A DNA stretch of 32,000 nucleotides, taken from NCBI RefSeq assembly GCF_000284115.1, contig NC_017080.1, positions 2,640,001-2,672,000 of the forward strand, given 5' to 3'. The translations under genes and the position numbers were made by a program. This DNA comes from Phycisphaera mikurensis NBRC 102666. Its GTDB lineage: Bacteria > Planctomycetota > Phycisphaerae > Phycisphaerales > Phycisphaeraceae. The notes below the pieces were generated by a model that saw only the letters and a list, made by a program, of their open reading frames with translations, ran no database searches and had not been told where the DNA came from. Positions 11,394 through 18,552 of the stretch are shown here, piece by piece (within the stretch, counting starts at the first letter, position 1; each line of letters opens with the position of its first letter).

Positions 11394-12731
11394 ATGAGTG
11401 AGCCGCTGGGCCTGCTGGACGTGCTGTCGCCGTACGTCGGCGTGCTCGTCGTCGCCTTCCTGGTCACGGTCGTGGTGACCCCGTGGCTGCGCGGCCTCGC
11501 AGTGACTCACGGCATCGTCGACGTGCCCGATCTGCAGCGGAAGAACCACGCGCTGCCGGTGGCCTACCTCGGCGGGGTCGCCATCTTCCTGGGCTTCTCC
11601 ATCGCCGCGATCGCGGTGACCGCCTTCCCGGCGATCGGCGGCTTCGGCCAGGTGCGGGAGGGACGACCGCCGATCCCCTTCCCGCTCTCGATCCTCGCCG
11701 GGGCCGCCGTCATCACGATCACCGGCCTCTTCGACGACGTCGGGACCATCCGCGCCCGCGTAAAAGTCGGCGGGCAGCTCTTCGCCGCCGCCGCCCTCGC
11801 CTACGAGAACATCGGCGTTCACCTCGCCGAGAACGCCTTCGGAGTCATCGGCCTGCCCTGGCGGGAGCTCAACGCTTTCAGCCTCTTCGGCAGCCCCCTC
11901 GGCGACAGCCTCGTCTACGCCGGCGGGACCTTCCTCATCGCGGTGATGGTGCTGGGGGCCTGCAACTCGGTGAACCTGCTCGACGGGCTCGACGGGCTCG
12001 CCGCGGGGGTGGTCGCGGTGGCGATGACCGGCTTCCTCGTGCTCTCGCTGATCGTCGCTTCCCGCGCGGCCGATCCCAGCGGCGTGCTGCTGCTGCACCT
12101 CTGGGACCCCGTGCGGATCATCATGTGCCTCGCCACGATCGGGGCGATCCTGGGCTTCCTCCCGTACAACTTCCGCCCGGCGAGCATCTTCATGGGCGAC
12201 GCGGGCTCGCTGCTGCTCGGGTACCTGGCCGCGACCAGCATCCTGCTGTTCTCCGACACCGGCGCGCAGTCGCTGCTGCTCGTGACCGCGGCGCTGATCG
12301 TGTTCGCCGTTCCGATCACCGACACCTCGCTGGCGATCATCCGCCGCAAGCTCCGCGGGATGCCGCTCTTCGCACCCGACAACCAGCACATCCACCACCT
12401 GCTGCGGCAGAGCGGCCTGTCGGTCCGCCAGTCGGTCCTGGTGATGTACGCCGCGGGCGTCGGCTTCGCGTTGCTCGGCGTCGGCATGGTGGCGGCCGAG
12501 CTGCAGTGGCGCTACATCCTGGTGGTGTTCTGCGTGCTCTACGGCAGCATCATGGCGACGGCGTTCAAGTACGGCAGCCTCCAGCACAGCCTCGACCTGC
12601 AGCGCAAAGCCGCCGCCTCGGACCCGATCGCTCTGCCGGCCGGCCCCGCTGCGGCGGGCGCGAGCGCGGCCGCCCCGCCGCCGGGTGGCGCCCCGGCGCC
12701 CGCCGCGGAGGCGGCGCTGCCGGAGGCCTGA
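11394..12731 (+). CDS. Glycosyltransferase family 4, polyprenyl-phosphate sugar-1-phosphate transferase (WecA/WbpL/MraY-like priming enzyme)
   Basis: The protein is polytopic and carries the family motifs GLFDDVGTI, NSVNLLDGLDGLA, FMGDAGSLLLGY, PITDTSLAIIRR and PDNQHIHH. ATG 11394 (MSEPLGLLDV...) is preferred. An alternative TTG at 11343 would overlap the upstream stop as TTGA. Confidence 0.85.
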   Translation: MSEPLGLLDVLSPYVGVLVVAFLVTVVVTPWLRGLAVTHGIVDVPDLQRKNHALPVAYLGGVAIFLGFSIAAIAVTAFPAIGGFGQVREGRPPIPFPLSILAGAAVITITGLFDDVGTIRARVKVGGQLFAAAALAYENIGVHLAENAFGVIGLPWRELNAFSLFGSPLGDSLVYAGGTFLIAVMVLGACNSVNLLDGLDGLAAGVVAVAMTGFLVLSLIVASRAADPSGVLLLHLWDPVRIIMCLATIGAILGFLPYNFRPASIFMGDAGSLLLGYLAATSILLFSDTGAQSLLLVTAALIVFAVPITDTSLAIIRRKLRGMPLFAPDNQHIHHLLRQSGLSVRQSVLVMYAAGVGFALLGVGMVAAELQWRYILVVFCVLYGSIMATAFKYGSLQHSLDLQRKAAASDPIALPAGPAAAGASAAAPPPGGAPAPAAEAALPEA

Positions 12732-12872
12732 CCGCGGCACCGGAGCCCGGGTTGCGGATCTTTGCGGTTTCTGGCAGACTGCCGCGTTCCGGCGTCGTCG
12801 GCGGTCCCGCTTGGTTATGGGGCGGCCGCCGCTGTTCATCCACCACCCCCAGGCACCCGACCCGCCCCGCCC

Positions 12873-13151
12873 ATGGCCAACTCCGCCTCCGCCAAGAAGC
12901 GCATCCGCCAGAACGTCAAGTCCCGCGCCCGCAACCGCTGGCGCAAGGCCGGCTACCGCACGGAGATCAAGGCCTACGACGAGCTGATCCTTCACGGCAG
13001 CGTCGAGGACGCCCGAGCGAAGCTCGACAGCCTCTACAAGCGGCTCGACCAGGTCGCTTCGACCCCGGCCCTGCACAAGAACACCGCCTCGCGTCTGAAG
13101 TCGCGGCTCGCCGCCCGGCTCAACGCCAAGCAGGAAAACGCGGCCTCGTGA
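12873..13151 (+). CDS. rpsT: 30S ribosomal protein S20
   Basis: MANSASAKKRIRQNVKSRARNRW...ALHKNTASRLKSRLAARLN is a canonical S20 sequence. The start is ATG 12873, inside the longer track ORF 12762..13151. Confidence 0.9.
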   Translation: MANSASAKKRIRQNVKSRARNRWRKAGYRTEIKAYDELILHGSVEDARAKLDSLYKRLDQVASTPALHKNTASRLKSRLAARLNAKQENAAS

Positions 13152-13585
13152 GCCGTTGGGGCCGCCGGGGGTGAGGCCGCATCGCGAGCGGTCTCGGTCG
13201 GCTCTTCCACGCCGCGATCGTCGGGAGCTGCGGGACCCGACCTCATTCGAGGCGGCCGATGCCCGGGTGCCACGCTTGTGGGGCGAGGTGTTCGCAGGAC
13301 ACGCGGCCGATCCACGCCGCTCCTGGCGTCGCCTCCGGCGAGCGCCGGCTCGCGAGCGGCGTGGCACCCCGACTGGGGCCTGGTGAACGCCGGAGCTCTT
13401 GTCGGGTTGGCTCGGGGCAGATCGTGGACGTCTGCGGCGCACGAACGGAGCGACTCCGCAGCGACACGGCTCCGAGCGTCCGGCCAACGGCCCGAGCGCC
13501 AGGACCGCGGGGCTCCATCATCCGACGCGGTGCGATGCGACCCCGGGGCCGCGGAGTGCGAGCACCGCCTGCAAGAGGATGTGCT

Positions 13586-14152
13586 TCAGACCGTGCTGAT
13601 GTCCTCGATCTTCTCGCTCACGAGCGTCTCGACCTGCCCCTCGTGCCGCTTCACGAGCTCCTGCACGTCGTCCTTGTAGCCCTTGACCTGGTCCTCGGAG
13701 AGGCTGACGTCGTCGCTCTTCTCCATCTGGTCGAGCGCCTTGTTGGCGTCGCGCCGGGCGTTGCGGATCGTGATCTTCGCCTGCTCGCCCATGGCCTTGA
13801 CCGACGCCGAGAGCTGCTTGCGCCGGTCGCCCGAGAGCGGGGGAACCGAGAGCCGGACGGTCTTGCCGTCGACCATCGGGTTCAAGCCCAGGCCGGCACG
13901 CTCGATGCCCTTGGCGATCTCCTTCGCCGTCGAGGGATCGAAGGGCTTGATGAGGATCTGCGTCGGCTCGGGCACCGTGATCATCGCGAGCGAGCGCAGG
14001 TCGGAGGTCGCGCCGTAGGCGTCGACCTTCACGAATTCCACCAGGCCCGCCGAGGCCCGCCCCGTGCGGATGCCACGCAGCTCGTGCCGGAGGTACTCCA
14101 CGCCCTTCTCCATGGCCTCTTCGGCCTCCAGCATCGTTTCGTCGGGGTCCAT
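13586..14152 (-). CDS. frr: Ribosome recycling factor
   Basis: The full-length 188-aa protein has MEKGVEYLRHELRGIRTGRAS, LDxVKVDAYG-type and IRNARRDANK motifs characteristic of RRF. Confidence 0.95.
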   Translation of the reverse strand: MDPDETMLEAEEAMEKGVEYLRHELRGIRTGRASAGLVEFVKVDAYGATSDLRSLAMITVPEPTQILIKPFDPSTAKEIAKGIERAGLGLNPMVDGKTVRLSVPPLSGDRRKQLSASVKAMGEQAKITIRNARRDANKALDQMEKSDDVSLSEDQVKGYKDDVQELVKRHEGQVETLVSEKIEDISTV

Positions 14153-14174
14153 GCACGCAACCTAGCGGTTGCAT

Positions 14175-14600
14175 CTGCTTCGCGGGTGGTCCGTCGCTTC
14201 GCTGCGCTCGCTCTTGTTCCTCGTTTGCGCCTCCGACCGGGCAGAGCCCGGTCTGCGGGTGGCGCGTGTTGCCACGAACGGCACGCGTGCGCGGCGGCAC
14301 GCGAGGGGTGAGCGTCACCAGCTTGGGCACACGACGCGTGACGCACGCCCGCGTCGGTCGCGGACGACGCATCACGTGGACAGGGGAGCGAGCACGGTCC
14401 GCGGCACGCTGATCGGGCGACTCCACGAGGTGGTGCGGACGGGGCCTCGCATCAACCCGGATCGCGGACCGACTCGCTGTTCTCGGGCAGACGTGCCGGC
14501 AGTGGCAACACGCCCCACCCGCAGCCGGGGGTTCCCCCCGGCGGAGGCGGAAACGGGAAGCAAGAGCGAGCGCAGCGTCGCGAGGATCACCCCGCCGCAG
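14175..14600. repeat. Long inverted-repeat (MITE-like / structured RNA) element filling the pyrH-frr spacer
   Basis: The left arm (about 14175-14290) is the reverse complement of the right arm (about 14487-14600). The core 14195-14275 vs 14502-14582 matches at 66 of 81 positions by hand alignment. Each arm has its own perfect sub-hairpin with a different sequence. The central roughly 196 nt is unique. Confidence 0.7.
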
Positions 14601-15423
14601 GCGGGAGCGCAGCGCCCACGACGGTTCCGATCTTCTCACCGCGGACCGCGGCGGCGATGTTGCCGGGCTTCTTCATGTCGAAGACGAGGATCGGGATGTC
14701 CCGCTCGCGGCACTGCGCGAAGGAGCCGGTGTCCATGATGTCCAGGTCGCGGGCGATGGCTTCGTCGAAGCTGAGCGTCTCGAATCGGACGGCGTCGCCG
14801 TGCCGCTTGGGGTCCTTGTCGTAGACGCCGTCGACCTTGGTCGCCTTGAGCAAGACATCCGCGTTGATCTCGGCGGCGCGGAGGCTCGCGGCGGAGTCGG
14901 TGGTGCAGAAGGGGTTGCCGGTGCCGCCGACGAAGATGACCACGCGCCCCTTCTCGAGGTGTCGGATCGCCCGGCCGCGGATGAACGGCTCGGCGACCGA
15001 GGAGACGGCCAGCGCCGAGAGCACGCGGGCGGGCTGACCCAGCGACTCGAGGCCCTCCTTGAGCGCGAGCCCGTTGATGACGGTGCCCAGCATGCCCATC
15101 TGGTCGGCCACGGCCTGGTCGATGTGGCCTTCGGCGGCGAGCGTGGCCCCGCGGATGATGTTCCCGCCGCCGACGACCACGGCCACCTGTCCGCCCTCCT
15201 TCACCGCCGCGGCGACCTCGCCCGCGATGACCTGCAGCTCGTTGCCGTCGATGCCGAAGCCGTTTGCTTCGCAGAGGGACTCGCCGCTGAGCTTCAGGAC
15301 GACGCGGCCGTAGCCGGGGGGCGGGGAGTGGGCGGGGAGGTTCTGGATCAAGGGGTTCTCTGGCGTTCCGAAGCGGCCTCGCGGCGTTGCGGAAGCTACC
15401 GCGCCGCGGACCGCGGGCTCCAT
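14587..15423 (-). CDS. pyrH: Uridylate kinase (UMP kinase)
   Basis: YGRVVLKLSGESL, VVVGGGNIIRG, DQMGMLGTVINGLAL, GGTGNPFCTTDSAASLRAAEI and LLKATKVDGVYDKDP are canonical PyrH motifs. ATG 15423 gives an N-terminal extension of about 27 aa. An in-frame TTG at 15351 is an alternative start. Confidence 0.9.
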   Translation of the reverse strand: MEPAVRGAVASATPRGRFGTPENPLIQNLPAHSPPPGYGRVVLKLSGESLCEANGFGIDGNELQVIAGEVAAAVKEGGQVAVVVGGGNIIRGATLAAEGHIDQAVADQMGMLGTVINGLALKEGLESLGQPARVLSALAVSSVAEPFIRGRAIRHLEKGRVVIFVGGTGNPFCTTDSAASLRAAEINADVLLKATKVDGVYDKDPKRHGDAVRFETLSFDEAIARDLDIMDTGSFAQCRERDIPILVFDMKKPGNIAAAVRGEKIGTVVGAALPPAAG

Positions 15424-15459
15424 CGGCCAGAAGCGGCAACCCTCCGCGGCGGTGGCCGC

Positions 15460-16146
15460 TCAGTGACGACGGAAGAGGTCCGCGACCATCGCCCAGTCCT
15501 CGGCCCCGATGCCCAGGTCCTCGGGGCCGCGTGGCCAGCCGGGATCCGCGGACCGGGGCCGTTTTGCGGGCTCCGGGCCGGCGGTCCGCGGCGTCGGCCT
15601 CGGCTTCACCACCGGGCCGGCCGCGACGGCGTCCGCCGTCGCGGCCTCCACCTCGGCGAGCAGATCGCCGCCGATGCCCATCGCCCGCATCCAGCCCTCC
15701 GCCTGACCGGGGATCCGCTCGGGCGCGGCCGGCCGGCGTACCCCCCGCTCCCGCAGCGGCTTGCGGGCGTGCGCGGCGAGCTTCCGGACGAAGGATTCGG
15801 TGTCGACCGGCCTGACCTTGCGCTTCTTGGCGGCCCGCCGGATCTCGCGGTCGTCGGTCACGACGGCGAGGCGCCGCGGGGCCGAGGCCTCCTCGATGAG
15901 GCCGATCAGCACGTCGTCCGCCGTCCGCGACGGGCCCGCGTACCGCATCCTCGCCGGCCCGCCCGCGTCCCCCGCGACCGGCCCGCCGGGCTTCACGCCG
16001 CCGTCGGCGACGACGATGACGCTGCCCGCGCCGCGGTCCCAGCGGCTGCCGACGAGCAGCTCGCACAGCCGCCGCTCGTTCAGCCCGGCCAGCACCGGCG
16101 GCATCGCCGCGTGCAGCAGGTTGTAGCAGTCGATGAGCAGCCGCAT
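15460..16146 (-). CDS. NYN/PIN-like domain protein, YacP/Rae1-like putative ribonuclease with a Pro/Arg/Ala-rich C-terminal tail
   Basis: The start is ATG 16146 (MRLLIDCYNLLHA...), inside track ORF 15460..16950. The pattern LLIDxYNLL ... VIVVADGG ... TADDVLIGLIEE ... AVVTDDREIRRAAKK matches the YacP-like (DUF901, COG3688) fold. Confidence 0.7.
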   Translation of the reverse strand: MRLLIDCYNLLHAAMPPVLAGLNERRLCELLVGSRWDRGAGSVIVVADGGVKPGGPVAGDAGGPARMRYAGPSRTADDVLIGLIEEASAPRRLAVVTDDREIRRAAKKRKVRPVDTESFVRKLAAHARKPLRERGVRRPAAPERIPGQAEGWMRAMGIGGDLLAEVEAATADAVAAGPVVKPRPTPRTAGPEPAKRPRSADPGWPRGPEDLGIGAEDWAMVADLFRRH

Positions 16147-16188
16147 CGCGGCGGACCCTACGACGGCCGGCGCGGCGGGGAGGCGCCT

Positions 16189-16248
16189 GCGCCCGATCGG
16201 ACCCGCGGACCGCGGCCGGCGGGGGCCCCGAGCCCGCACGGTCCGCGG
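16189..16248. repeat. REP-like hairpin element, copy B (GCGCCCGAT-N5-CCGCGGACCGC-N22-GCACGGTCCGCGG)
   Basis: It has the same 11-nt left and 13-nt right stem sequences and the same 46-nt hairpin length as 7607-7652, with a different 22-nt centre. It is intergenic, just downstream of the HMA-MauE stop on the minus strand, so it may act as a terminator/stabiliser hairpin (no U-tract). Confidence 0.5.
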
Positions 16249-16262
16249 CTCCAGCCGGCTTG

Positions 16263-16991
16263 TCAGTCCGCCAGCCACAGCACCAGCATCACCGCGGCCA
16301 TGGCGGCCATCGTCAGGTTCTCGATCAGGGTCGCTCGGGTCATCGGCAGGTTGAGCGCGGTGCCCAGGCAGGCGCAGCGGATGGACTGCTTCCCGAGCAG
16401 CGCCCGGAGCACGCCCACGGCGCCGAACCCCATGATCGCGAGCGTCATCGCGTTCGTGACGACCGGGAACAGGGCGAGCAGATACGCAAACCCCAGCGCC
16501 AGTTCCACGAAGGGGTACGCGTACGCGTAGGCCTTCGACCGGCGGGCGAAGAGGTCGTAGCCGCGGAAGGTGCTGACGAAGCCGGGCAGGTCCAGCAGCT
16601 TGAAGAAGGAGAAGACCAGGAAGAAGCCCGCCATGAAGTGCCGCATCATCGGCATCGCCTCCCACCGGCCGGTGGCGGCGGCGACGGCCAGCACCACCGC
16701 GAGGAGGTAGCCGACGATCAGGTACAGCGGGAACAAGCTGGGCTCCGCCTCCGGCGGGGGAGAAGCCGCTGGGGTCTCGGCGGACGCCTCGGCGAGGTGG
16801 TAGGCGCCGGCACCGGCAACGGCGTCGTCGAGCTCCTCCAGCGGGACGTGGCGGTCCATTCGCACCGACGCCCGCGGCGGGTCCAGCGTGACGGTCGCTC
16901 CCTCGACGCCATCGACCCGGTTCAGCGCGTCCTGGATCTTCGCCACGCACGAGGCGCAGTGCATGCCGGTGACGGCGTAATCGTGCTTCAT
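16263..16991 (-). CDS. Heavy-metal-associated (HMA) domain fused to a MauE/DoxX-like four-TM membrane domain
   Basis: The start is ATG 16991 (MKHDYAVTGMHCASCVAKIQDAL...), giving a GMxCxxC HMA fold. Hydrophobic helices follow, ending with the MauE-type Cys pair motif IRCACLGTALN. The ATG overlaps the upstream multicopper oxidase stop (ATGA at 16988-16991). Confidence 0.8.
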   Translation of the reverse strand: MKHDYAVTGMHCASCVAKIQDALNRVDGVEGATVTLDPPRASVRMDRHVPLEELDDAVAGAGAYHLAEASAETPAASPPPEAEPSLFPLYLIVGYLLAVVLAVAAATGRWEAMPMMRHFMAGFFLVFSFFKLLDLPGFVSTFRGYDLFARRSKAYAYAYPFVELALGFAYLLALFPVVTNAMTLAIMGFGAVGVLRALLGKQSIRCACLGTALNLPMTRATLIENLTMAAMAAVMLVLWLAD

Positions 16992-18511
16992 CGCGAGGCG
17001 AGCCTTTCGGTGGTGAGGCCGGCGGCCCGCATCTCCTCGGGCGACACGGGCAGCGCCTGCGTCGCCCGCGGGCCGCGGTACATGCCCGGATCGGTGTTGT
17101 TCGCGAGCATCTCGTCGGTGACGTTCCGCCGGATCTTCAGCAGGTTCGCCATCCCCGCAACGCTGACCTTGCCGTAGGGCCCCATGCCCTTGTACATCGG
17201 TCGGCTGTTCTCGGGGATCGGGTGCATCGGCCGCCCGGTGCGGTCGTTCATGCCGGCGTTGCCCATGGTCATGAAGTCGGGCAGGAGCTCCTGGACCTTC
17301 TCGTCCAGGCCTGCGGGGTTCATCCCGACCGTGTTCGTGAAGTGCATCATCTGCGTCATGATGTGGTGGGTCATGTGGCAGTGGAAGACCCAGTCGCCCT
17401 CGTAGATGCCGACGAGTTCGATGTCCTTGGTCCGCCCGACGGGCACGAAGATGGTCGCTTGGATGTCCTGGTCCTCGGGGGGGATCCGGCGGCCGTCCTC
17501 GGCGGTGACGGCGAACTCGTAGCCGTGCAGGTGGATCGGGTGGTGGTGCACGGCGGAGAGGTTCCCGAAGCGGATCCGCACGCGCTGGCCCAGGCGGGCG
17601 ACCAGGGGCTCGGTGTCGGGCATCACGTGGGCGTTCATCGTGAAGAGGTTGAACATCATCGAGAACGGGTCGGGCCGGTGCGTCCCGGGCGGCATGAACC
17701 AGGTCTGCAGCATGATCGCGAAGTCGCGGTCGACCTCGGGGCCCAGGGCCCCGGGCCCGCTCGCGGGGTACAGCTCGCGGCGCGGATGCACGATGAACAT
17801 GCCGGTGAGCCCCATGCCCTCCTGGGTCATGGTGTCGTGGTGGCTGTGGTACATGAACGTGCCGTTCTGGCGGATCGTCCACTCGTACTTGAAGGTCTCG
17901 CCGGGGAGGATCGGGGCCTGCTCCAACCCGCTCACGCCATCCATCCCGTGCGGGAGGATGAAGCCGTGCCAGTGGACCGTCGTCGGCGCCGGCAGCCGGT
18001 TGGTGACGTAGATGCGGACCCGCTCGCCCTCGACGGCCTCGATGGTCGGGCCCTGGGTGACGCCGTTGTACCCCCACGTGTACGCCTCCAACCCCTCGGC
18101 GAAGCGGTGCTGCACCTCTTCGGCGATGAGGTGGAAGACCTTCACGCCGTCGCGGATCTCGAACGGCAGCGAGCCGTTGTTGGGGGTGACCACCGGCGTG
18201 TAGTCCACGCCGGGCCGGCCCGGCGGCAGCGGCTTGTCGGGCTCAATCCGCTCCCAGTCCTCGTAGGCCTTGGCCAGGGTGGAGCCGGGAGCCATCTTCG
18301 CCCGCCACTCGTCGCCGGAGGTGTCGCGGAGGAGGTGCGCGTAGGGGTTGTTCTCCGGCAGGTGCTGGCCGGCTGGGGTGGTTCCGGGGGTGCTGGGGGT
18401 GTCAGGCTGCGTGGCGGCGGCGCGGGCGAGGGAGGGCGCCGCGGCGAGGGCGGCGGCGGTCCCGCCGAGCGTGGCGGTGCGGAGGGCGTTTCGTCGGGTG
18501 AGGTCGGGCAT
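16988..18511 (-). CDS. Tat-exported multicopper oxidase (CopA/CueO-class) with a Met-rich C-terminal region
   Basis: The start is ATG 18511 (MPDLTRRNALRTATLGGTAAALAA, a twin-arginine signal). All four copper-ligand motifs are present: VHWHG, YHSHH, HPIHLHG and HCHMTHHIMTQMM. The C-terminal roughly 90 aa is Met-rich (FMTMGNAGMNDRTGRPMHP...MYKGMGPYG). Confidence 0.9.
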   Translation of the reverse strand: MPDLTRRNALRTATLGGTAAALAAAPSLARAAATQPDTPSTPGTTPAGQHLPENNPYAHLLRDTSGDEWRAKMAPGSTLAKAYEDWERIEPDKPLPPGRPGVDYTPVVTPNNGSLPFEIRDGVKVFHLIAEEVQHRFAEGLEAYTWGYNGVTQGPTIEAVEGERVRIYVTNRLPAPTTVHWHGFILPHGMDGVSGLEQAPILPGETFKYEWTIRQNGTFMYHSHHDTMTQEGMGLTGMFIVHPRRELYPASGPGALGPEVDRDFAIMLQTWFMPPGTHRPDPFSMMFNLFTMNAHVMPDTEPLVARLGQRVRIRFGNLSAVHHHPIHLHGYEFAVTAEDGRRIPPEDQDIQATIFVPVGRTKDIELVGIYEGDWVFHCHMTHHIMTQMMHFTNTVGMNPAGLDEKVQELLPDFMTMGNAGMNDRTGRPMHPIPENSRPMYKGMGPYGKVSVAGMANLLKIRRNVTDEMLANNTDPGMYRGPRATQALPVSPEEMRAAGLTTERLASR

Positions 18512-18552
18512 GGATGACTCCGGACTGCGGCCGGGGGAGGGGAGTGGGCGGG

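Noticed and set aside
13141-13179. Candidate rpsT terminator hairpin (CGGCCTC ... GAGGCCG), and a small GC hairpin after csoR (CGCGGGC-TGC-GCCCGCG, 21512-21528).
   Set aside because: The first has a 25-nt loop and the second a 3-nt loop, and neither has a U-tract. The evidence is too weak to annotate them as terminators.
13362-13367. TGGCAC motifs checked as possible sigma-54 promoters (expected for PEP-CTERM regulation). The check also covered the gaps upstream of the exosortase, TPR and kinase-like genes.
   Set aside because: No TGGCAC-N5-TTGC(A/T) arrangement was found at any candidate, and the one TGGCAC seen is not upstream of any gene start.
13315-13440. A possible third, degenerate copy of the inverted-repeat arm in the rpsT-frr convergent spacer. 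It shows GCCTCC followed by a CCGGCG-AG-CGCCGG hairpin and GTGGCAC, and later CTCGGGGCAGA...CGTCTGCGGC.
   Set aside because: The similarity comes only in short patches with indels. I cannot distinguish it from chance in GC-rich DNA without a proper alignment, so it is left as a note.
14169-14738. ORFs inside the pyrH-frr spacer (14169..14738 + and 14372..14590 -) encode similar peptides (LRSLLFLVCASDRAEPGLRVARVATNGT vs LRSLLLPVSASAGGNPRLRVGRVATAGT).
   Set aside because: The peptide similarity is a trivial consequence of the DNA inverted repeat read on opposite strands. There are no protein motifs, and one ORF runs antisense into pyrH.
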